Source: Paramoeba atlantica (Eukaryota; Protista; Discosea). Taken from it: a stretch of DNA of 64,000 bases. Below are positions 1 to 8,600 of this stretch, in pieces. Under the pieces are notes generated by a model. That model had not been told where the DNA came from, did not search any database, and was given only the letters and a program-made list of their open reading frames with translations. Within the stretch, counting starts at the first letter, position 1; every line of letters begins with the position of its first letter. Location of the stretch: positions 62,106 through 126,105 of the forward strand of contig CDRNVI010000203.1 in NCBI GenBank assembly GCA_977017575.1, read 5' to 3'. Made by a program: the position numbers and the translations under genes.

Positions 1-181
1 AGAATCGCAATGGAAATTATTATGAAACAAGTTTTAATAATTCAAACTTAAGTTTGAACTCGAGTTATAAAATTTTAATAACATTAATATATACTTTTAA
101 ATAACTTCTATAATTAATTCAAAAGAGAATTTATAATTATGAACTTATAAAACTATATTTAATGATTTAAAAATTTAATAA

Positions 182-291
182 CTTGTTCTAATGTTTTCAA
201 TGTAATACGATATTTACGATATATGATCTTCTTTGTTCCAAAATCAGATGTTGATTATCGTACATTCTTATTACATGAAAACAAAGAACAG
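182..291 (-). ncRNA. Large hairpin module, minus-oriented, allele A (same offset in all A units)
   Basis: Reverse complement of the conserved core GTTTTCATGTAATAAGAATGTACGATAATCAACATCTGATTTT; GTTTTC 193-198 pairs with GAAAAC 277-282; short complementary arms. RNA status is inferred. Confidence 0.45.
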
Positions 292-702
292 CTACGGATA
301 AGAACTGAAATGCCTTCCATATACCGAGATACTTTAAATTGATTATAGATAAATTTTCTAAAATATTTAATTACAAAAATAATTTAAAATATTATTTACA
401 AAACTTATAAATATAATCAATAAAAGTATACGTTATAAAGGAGCGCATAGTTCCTATCACTTTTAAATACGCTATTTTCCTTGATAAAAAAAATCACTGG
501 AAAATTAGCAGTCTTTAAAGAACTTCGATACAAAAAAGTATCTTGACAATCTCTGTTGTTTTTGTTACAAAAAAATAGTAAATAACTTCAAACATATATA
601 CAAAATTAAACGTGTATAAAAAAAGAAAAACATACACTTTGATACATTCAATCAAAAAAGATCTCAATCATGTATCATTAACTTTAGCATATATGTAAGA
701 AG

Positions 703-849
703 TTCCTTGGTGATTAATTCTTTTACGGTTTTCATGTAATAAACATGTACGATAATCAACATCTGATTTTAACTCAAAGCAGAGTAATCATCGTTAAATA
801 TCGTACAAAAGTTATTACAAAGAAAACTGCTAAGAATTATCATCAGGAA
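703..849 (+). ncRNA. Large hairpin module A1 (same offset in all eight A units)
   Basis: Core 728-827 (GTTTTC/GAAAAC, TGTAATAA/TTATTACA, TGTACGATA/TATCGTACA); arm TTCCTTGGTGATTAATTCTT pairs imperfectly with AAGAATTATCATCAGGAA. Confidence 0.55.
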
Positions 850-1240
850 ATTGCACTAAGATTTCCTTCAGAAATTCAAGTACAAATATCCGCTTAACTT
901 ATAAAAAGATATAAGTAGCTTCTATATATATTTTTTTATCGAAAAAACGATAAATAAATAAAGATCATGATAAGATTTCTACGAAATTCAATCATGAAGC
1001 ATACACTATAGTGTATGCAAATTATTACAAAAATAATAATTTTAAAATTTTTTTCTTCGTAATTCAAAGAAGAATTTACTTGAAAAAAAATATAAATTTT
1101 AATGTTTTCGTGTTTAACTACAACTTAAATTTATATATATTTCGTTAAATTAAGAGAATAATTAAACGAAACTGTTACTCGGCAAAAATAAGGGAATTTT
1201 TGAGTAACAGACCGTTCAAATTGAAAACAAAAAAACAATT

Positions 1241-1461
1241 TGCACGGCAATTCTTGGGGTTTTTACGCCTCACGGCTTCGTGATCGGACTAAAGAGCAGT
1301 AGCGAGAGCAAGAAAGTTTGCAGGGGTAGTTGAGTTAGCTATTCCCGGTGGTAGCTAACCTCGATTCCTTAGTCTTTAGTTGTGGTAATTTGGGATAGCG
1401 AAGTAAAATTTTTAAAGTTCGCTATCGACAATTACTATTCTCTTTCATCTTTTGGCGTGCA
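1241..1461 (+). ncRNA. Candidate ~220-nt multi-helix structured RNA, family unknown (one per unit)
   Basis: TGCACG 1241-1246 / CGTGCA 1456-1461; TCACG/CGTGA 1270-1283; CGGACTAAAGA/TCTTTAGTTG; GTTAGCTA/TAGCTAAC 1334-1359; GTGGTAATT/AATTACTAT 1382-1438; GATAGCGAA/TTCGCTATC 1394-1426. Two compensatory pair swaps between alleles. Confidence 0.6.
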
Positions 1462-2489
1462 TTGCTAATTGATCCCAATAGACAATCACATTCAGAAACG
1501 ATCGTAGCTTTACCTATATGTATGTAAAATATCATACATAAGAATCAATAAGATCTGTTTCGTCTCCTCTTTTTTCTTTTAAAATAGCAGGACTAATCTA
1601 TATTATATAATTATTATTCAACTTTTTTAATTATATTTTATCTGCTTGAACACCATAGTTCGATAAAAAATAAATAAAAAGATGAATAAATAACTAAAAA
1701 ATAAAGATAGACAAGAACAAGAATAGTTTAGTTTAATTCCGTGTTAAATCCTCAATCCTTAAGTCGGATTTGTCACTCCATATACGATCAAACTTTATTT
1801 ACTTAAATTTTTACAAAGATAGTAAAATTAAAAGTATAAAGATGATCTAGCTCACCAGTTTTATTTAAATTAAAATCTTACACAATGATTTTATATTTAT
1901 AAACTACTCGCTTCCATCGACCCTCGACTTTGTTGAAGTTTAAGTTTTTGAGTTTACGATATTAAAGAGAAAAAAAATATTATTGCGCTCTATTGGTGGG
2001 GCTTTCGTTAGATTATTAAAAGCTCAACGTCATTGTTCGCGTTTTACGTTACACTCCACAAGCTAAACAAGTGCGTTCTGCCTTAATAATCACTACCCCT
2101 CACCAAAAGGTCGCAATAATATATGTTTTTAGCGTTTAAGATCTGGAGACCATTTTCAAAATAGAAAATGTCAATCGCTTTTTTCTTACGCAAGTACGTC
2201 AAAAAAATCGTTTTTCTCCATGAGCTAAAACGAGTTAGTTCGATCGGGTGTTTTTTGATGCTTTTTTTGGATCGCAGCTTCAACAAAAAAAAATTTCCAC
2301 TGCTGTTTTCCAACAAAGAAAATTATAAAAAAATAATTTTGTTGTTGTCAAATACGATCTTTTAAAATATAAAATTTTTTTTATCGTTATAAATTTTATT
2401 CCAACATAAATTTGTTGGAAAAGTAACAGTAAAAAGTTGTTAATGAAAAAAAATAAATTCATTAACAACAACGTTGATGAAAAATAACA

Positions 2490-2960
2490 ATCAACGCTGT
2501 TAAATTTCCAACAAAATAATGTCAGAAAAAAATTTCTGCCGAAATAATTTAGCTGATTAAATTTTTATCACGACAAAAATATTTTTTTGTTGATCAATTA
2601 AATCGTTATTAACAAAAAAGTTATAACGCTGTTAATTTTCCAACATAAAAATTTTTTATCTCTCAAAAAATATTTTTTGATGTTCAAAGTTATCGTTTGA
2701 TAACAAAAAAGTTATAACGCTGTAACTTTTCCAACAAAAAAATTTTTTTTCGTGTTAAAAATTATTTTTGATCAATAAAAATTATTTTCGATGTTCAAAT
2801 TCATCGTTTGATAACAAAAAAGTTATAACGCTGTTAATTTTCCATCAAAAATTATTTTTTTTGCTTCAAAAATTTTTTTTAACATAAAAATTTATGATGA
2901 TGATTACAAAACCAGTGTTGCAACTCAAAAAAGTTGTTTAACACTGTGAATTTTCCATCA
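2490..2960. repeat. AT-rich degenerate subrepeats (AACAAAAAAGTTATAACGCTGT...TTTTCC)
   Basis: Clear copies at 2611, 2702 and 2813; degenerate copies near 2490 and 2930; present in every unit. Confidence 0.85.
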
Positions 2961-3329
2961 ACATCATAATTTTTATTTAAAAATTTTAATCAAAATCAAT
3001 TTTATAAACATTTTTTGTAAAAAAATTAAAATTTTTACTGGAAAATTACGGTGAGATGCATAAAAATTAGATTTAAACATAAATTTATGCAAACTACCGT
3101 TTAATTTCCAACAAAATTTAAATTTTTTTCATTCAAAAATAGATTTTTTTAATTTTTCGCTGACAAAATTGAAAAAAAATTGAATTTTCATTCAAAAAGT
3201 TGTAAAATTGAGTCTCAGGATGAAAAAGTGGAAAAAGACCACATTTTATCAATTCGACGCTAAATTAGCAAAAAATTTCAATTTCTACACCTAAATGACT
3301 GTAGAAATTGGTGTTTTCCTACAATTTTG

Positions 3330-4070
3330 TGGAAATCCCTGACAAACACTGCTAAATTTCCAACAAAAAGTCAATTTGCAGGTGCTGCCCGTGGATTTTC
3401 CAACAAAATACTAGCAAAACTACTCAAAATGCTATTTTTCCGGCAGAAAACCGTCAAAATCTGCTTTTTCTGGGCAGGAATGACAAAAACGGCCCAAAAA
3501 AGGCCCTGTCATTTTGCCCAAAAACGCAGTATTTTTTCCTGTTCTGGCCTGCAAATTAGCGGATGTCCAAGTGCCCCAAAAAAAGTGACTTGCACTCCGA
3601 GCCGACTCGAAAAGTCGTATTTTCCGGCAGAAACGAAAAAATATGCCACATTTTGTCCGACGATTATTTACAACTTTTTCTCGCATCCCATCATAGCGAT
3701 TTTGCGGATCTGCAGGTTGGGAGGGAGCCAACTGCATTTTTTGGCCGTTTTGAACCCGTTTTGTAAAAAATCGCATATATAAACTCCTTAATTTCCCCTC
3801 AGAAATCTGCCACTTTTGGAGACCAAAAAGTGTTTTGCAGAATCTAAAGTGGAAAATAGGAGTTTTTTGACCCGATTTTGTGAACAAAACTGGCATCAAA
3901 AACTATTCCAAATGCTCCAATCCGAATTTCAGCTATTGAACACTAAAAATGCTGAAAATCGCTATTTCGCACTGGAATTCCGCCAAAACTCCTTTTCAAT
4001 GCGTATTTTGGGCGAGAAAACCGTCGATTTTATAATTTTTAAACTTTTTTTTGTATAATTTATCATTTTT
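3330..4070. other. GC-richer domain with nested inverted repeats (in every unit; cut short in unit 12)
   Basis: GGGCAGGAATGACA 3472-3485 / TGTCATTTTGCCC 3507-3519; CAAAAACGGCCCAAAAAA 3484-3501 / TTTTTTGGCCGTTTTG 3737-3752; TTTTCCGGCAGAAA occurs twice. Confidence 0.6.
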
Positions 4071-4715
4071 AGCGCGGATTTCTATAATTTCTCGCATAAT
4101 TTATTAGTTTTATAGCGTTGTAGTTAAAATTTTCATAATTTTATCATCAAAGTCATCATTTTTCTATAATTTCAAACAAAATTATTAAAAAAAATGTTGT
4201 CTCAGACGAAAAAATTGCATGAAAGTTGTTAAACAACACTAAAACTAAAAAAATATCCCGCAGAAATTAAAAAACCGTGATAAAAATTTATAAATTCAAA
4301 AGAAAAATTTAAAAATCTTAAAAATTTATGATGAAATCATCTTCTTTGTACCAAAATCAGATGTAAACATCAAAAAATTTTTTTAAAATCACTAGTTGAA
4401 ACCATCGTCTATGGTTTCTTTTGTTAATGATCAATGTTTTCATTTCATTCATAACATTTTCACGTTAACTTCGTTCAACTAACTTGAATTTTATTAAAAT
4501 TATGATTCATAAAATAATTTTTTCATTGCTAAAAATAGAATCGCAATGGAAATTATTATGAAACAAGTTTTAATAATTCAAACTTAAGTTTGAACTCGAG
4601 TTATAAAATTTTATAAATTTAAATTATAATTTCAATCATTTCTATAATTAATTCAATAGAGAATTTATAATTATGAAACTATGAAACTATATTTAATGAT
4701 TTAAAATTTAATAAT

Positions 4716-4845
4716 CCCTGTATGTGTTCTTTATGTTTTCAATGTCTGATGATATGTTCGATATATCATCTTCTTTGTACCAAAATCAGATGTTGATTAT
4801 CGTACATTCTTATTACATGAAAACAAAAAAGAACATACAACAGGG
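4716..4845 (-). ncRNA. Large hairpin module, minus-oriented, allele B (also 9372-9501)
   Basis: CCCTGTATGTGTTCTTTATGTTTTC pairs with GAAAACAAAAAAGAACATACAACAGGG around the reverse-complement core. Confidence 0.5.
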
Positions 4846-4969
4846 AAATACTAAGATACTTTAATAACTATTATGTATATAAATTGATCGAATATATAAT
4901 TACAAAAATAATTTAAAATATTCAATAATATTAAATATATATAGTTATTAAAGTGATCTTGTATCCTAG

Positions 4970-5112
4970 TTCATGTCGATTCTTTTAGGTTTTCATGTAA
5001 TAAGAATGTACGATAATCAACATCTGATTTTGACTCAAAGTAGAGTAATCATCGTTAAATATCAGTACAAAACTTATTACAAAGAAAACAACTAATAAAG
5101 CATCGACATGAA
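4970..5112 (+). ncRNA. Large hairpin module B1 (also 9626-9768)
   Basis: Core 4989-5089; arms TTCATGTCGAT / ATCGACATGAA form 11 perfect pairs. Confidence 0.55.
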
Positions 5113-5113
5113 A

Positions 5114-5654
5114 TTCTGCTAAGATTTCTACGAAATTCAAGCAGAAAATTACACTAAGATTTCCTATAGAAATTCAAGTGTAAACAAACATTAGTATTGC
5201 AAAAACAATCTATGTTTGTATTAAAAAAAACACATCTAGAACAATATAATATAAATCAATAAAAATATTTAATTACAAAAATAATATAAAATATAATTTA
5301 TAAATTTATTATTAAAATGATCTAGATGAACATATTCCTGGGTATTCTAATGTGGTTTTCATGTAATAAACATGTACGATAATCAACATCTGATTTTGAC
5401 TCAAAGTAGAGTAATCATCGTTAAATATCGTATAAAGTTTATTAATAATAAAACCACAAAGGAATCCAAGGAATAATTATGCTAAGATTTATACTAAATT
5501 CAAGCATAAGATTGCACTAAGATTTCCTTCAGAAATTCAAGTGCAAATATCCGCTCAACTTATAAAATATAAGTGGCGTCTATATATTTAATCATTACAA
5601 AAATAATGAATTAAATAGATCATGATAAGATTTTTTACAAAAATTCAATCATGA
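5114..5654. other. Cluster of five small internal-loop hairpins in allele B (N7-AA-GATTT...AAATT-CA-N7'); two copies each in alleles A and C
   Basis: 5114-5146, 5149-5183, 5477-5509, 5512-5546, 5620-5654; A: 851-885, 965-997; C: 32927-32961, 33039-33071. Confidence 0.8.
5333..5475 (+). ncRNA. Large hairpin module B2 (also 9989-10131)
   Basis: Core from 5355; arm TATTCCTGGGTATTCTAATGTGG pairs with CCACAAAGGAATCCAAGGAATA. Confidence 0.55.
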
Positions 5655-8600
5655 AGCATACACTATAGTGTATGCAAATTATTACAAAAATAATAATTTT
5701 AAAATTTTTTCTTCGAAATTCAAAGAAGAATTTATTCGAAAAAAATATAAATTTTAATGTTTACGTGTTTAACTACAACTTAAATTTATATATATTTCGT
5801 TAAATTAAGAGAATAATTAAACGAAACTGTTACTCGGCAAAAATAAGGGAATTTTTGAGTAACAGACCGTTCAAATTGAAAACAAAAAAACAATTTGCAC
5901 GGCAATTCTTGGGGTTTTTACGCCTCACGGCTTCGTGATTGGACTAAAGAGCAGGAGCGAGAGCAAGAAAGTTTGCAGGGGTAGTTGAGTTAGCTATTCC
6001 CGGTGGTAGCTAACCTCGATTCCTTAGTCTTTAGTTGTGATAATTTGGGATAGCGAAGTAAAATTTTTAAAGTTCGCTATCGACAATTATTGTTCTCTTT
6101 CATCTTTTGGCGTGCATTGCTAATTGATCCCAATAGACAATCACATTCAGAAATGATCGTTGCTATCCCTATATGTATGTAAAATATCATACATAAGAAT
6201 CAATAAGATCTATTTCGTCTCCTCTTTTTTCTTTTAAAATAGCAGGACTAATCTATATTATATAGTTATTATTCAACTTTTTTAATTATATTTTATCTGC
6301 TTGAACACCATAGTTCGATAAAAAATAAATAAAAAGATGAATAAATAACTAAAAAATAAAGATAGACAAGAACAAGAATAGTTTAGTTTAATTCCGTGTT
6401 AAATCCTCAATCCTTAAGTCGGATTTGTCACTCCATATACGATCAAACTTTATTTACTTAAATTTTTACAAAGATAGTAAAATTAAAAGTATAAAGATGA
6501 TCTAGCTCACCAGTTTTATTTAAATTAAAATCTTACACAATGATTTTATATTTATAAACTACTCGCTTCCATCGACCCTCGACTTTGTTGAAGTTTGAGT
6601 TTTTGAGTTTACGATATTAAAGAGAAAAAAAATATTATTGCGCTCTATTGGTGGGGCTTTCGTTAGATTATTAAAAGCTCAACGTCATTGTTCGCGTTTT
6701 ACGTTACACTCCACAAGCTAAACAAGTGCGTTCTGCCTTAATAATCACTACCCCTCACCAAAAGGTCGCAATAATATATGTTTTTAGCGTTTAAGATCTG
6801 GAGACCATTTTCAAAATAGAAAATGTCAATCGCTTTTTTCTTACGCAAGTACGTCAAAAAAATCGTTTTTCTCCATGAGCTAAAACGAGTTAGTTCGATC
6901 GGGCTTTTTTTGATGCTTTTTTTGGATCGCAGCTTCAACAAAAAAAAATTTCTGCTGCTGTTTTCCAACAAAGAAAATTATAAAAAAATAATTTTGTTGT
7001 TGTCAAATACGATCTTTTAAAATATAAAATTTTTTTTATCGTTATAAATTTTATTCCAACATAAATTTGTTGGAAAAGTAACAGTAAAAAGTTGTTAATG
7101 AAAAAAAATAAATTCATTAACAACAACGTTGATGAAAAATATCAATCAACGCTGTTAAATTTCCAACAAAATAATGTCAGAAAAAAATTTCTGCCGAAAT
7201 AATTTAGCTGATTAAATTTTTATCACGACAAAAATATTTTTTTGTGGATCAATTAAATCGTTATTAACAAAAAAGTTATAACGCTGTTAATTTTCCAACC
7301 TAAAAATTTTTTATCTCTCAAAAAATATTTTTTGATGTTCAAAGTTATCGTTTGATAACAAAAAAGTTATAACGCTGTAACTTTTCCAACAAAAAAAATT
7401 TTTTTTCGTGTTAAAAATTATTTTTGATCAATAAAAATTATTTTCGATGTTCAAATTCATCGTTTGATAACAAAAAAGTTATAACGCTGTTAATTTTCCA
7501 TCAAAAATTATTTTTTTTGCTTCAAAAATTTTTTTTAACATAAAAATTTATGATGATGATTACAAAACCAGTGTTGCAACTCAAAAAAGTTGTTTAACAC
7601 TGTGAATTTTCCATCAACATCATAATTTTTATTTAAAAATTTTAATCAAAATCAATTTTATAAACATTTTTTGTAAAAAAATTAAAATTTTTACTGGAAA
7701 ATTACGGTGAGATGCATAAAAATTAGATTTAAACATAAATTTATGCAAACTACCGTTTAATTTCCAACAAAATTTAAATTTTTTTCATTCAAAAATAGAT
7801 TTTTTTAATTTTTCGCTGACAAAATTGAAAAAAAATTGAATTTTCATTCAAAAAGTTGTAAAATTGAGTCTCAGGATGAAAAAGTGGAAAAAGACCACAT
7901 TTTATCAATTCGACGCTAAATTAGCAAAAAATTTCAATTTCTACACCTAAATGACTGTAGAAATTGGTGTTTTCCTACAATTTTGTGGAAATCCCTGACA
8001 AACACTGCTAAATTTCCAACAAAAAGTCAATTTGCAGGTGCTGCCCGTGGATTTTCCAACAAAATACTAGCAAAACTACTCAAAATGCTATTTTTCCGGC
8101 AGAAAACCGTCAAAATCTGCTTTTTCTGGGCAGGAATGACAAAAACGGCCCAAAAAAGGCCCTGTCATTTTGCCCAAAAACGCAGTATTTTTTCCTGTTC
8201 TGGCCTGCAAATTAGCGGATGTCCAAGTGCCCCAAAAAAAGTGACTTGCACTCCGAGCCGACTCGAAAAGTCGTATTTTCCGGCAGAAACGAAAAAATAT
8301 GCCACATTTTGTCCGACGATTATTTACAACTTTTTCTCGCATCCCATCATAGCGATTTTGCGGATCTGCAGGTTGGGAGGGAGCCAACTGCATTTTTTGG
8401 CCGTTTTGAACCCGTTTTGTAAAAAATCGCATATATAAACTCCTTAATTTCCCCTCAGAAATCTGCCACTTTTGGAGACCAAAAAGTGTTTTGCAGAATC
8501 TAAAGTGGAAAATAGGAGTTTTTTGACCCGATTTTGTGAACAAAACTGGCATCAAAAACTATTCCAAATGCTCCAATCCGAATTTCAGCTATTGAACACT

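Larger units (their letters stand above)
1..4536. repeat. Unit 1, cassette allele A
   Basis: Anchor to anchor; one minus-oriented and one plus-oriented large hairpin. Confidence 0.95.

Noticed and set aside
728-827. Integron attC sites
   Set aside because: Termini do not fit RYYYAAC...GTTRRRY, and there are no cassette ORFs or integrase.
703-849. CRISPR array: the core starts GTTTT and ends AAAAC like type II repeats, with variable flanks
   Set aside because: The core is ~100 nt, spacing is irregular, flanks are complementary to each other rather than independent spacers, both orientations occur, and there are no cas genes.
1003-1011. ACACTATAG as SP6 promoter or vector contamination
   Set aside because: Only half the promoter matches, it is the centre of a natural palindrome, and no other vector sequence is present.
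1195-1204. Sm-binding site AATTTTTGAG suggesting an snRNA or SL RNA
   Set aside because: It sits in a predicted stem (TACTC...GAGTA), no snRNA motif is adjacent, and the motif is common at this composition.
1286-1374. Group I intron P7-like GACTA/TAGTC pairing
   Set aside because: P, Q and S consensus elements are not found in the needed order and there is no host gene.
2079-2086. TGCCTTAA resembling the 5' end of U12 snRNA
   Set aside because: Only 8 nt match; the downstream branch-pairing region is absent.
2083-3053. 77, 65, 63 and 95 aa ORFs as genes
   Set aside because: Low-complexity F/K/I/L peptides typical of AT-rich DNA; the 63 and 95 aa ORFs appear or vanish with 1-nt homopolymer indels between units.
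3327-4058. Overlapping 151, 155, 67 and 80 aa ORFs as protein genes
   Set aside because: They overlap on both strands and in several frames, the 151 and 80 aa ORFs start at TTG, and I recognise no domain. They recur only because the DNA repeats. Coding cannot be fully excluded without expression data.
1-4536. rDNA, 5S, tRNA, histone or spliced-leader repeat unit
   Set aside because: I found none of the conserved sequences for these genes on either strand; a very divergent homolog would need a covariance-model search to exclude.
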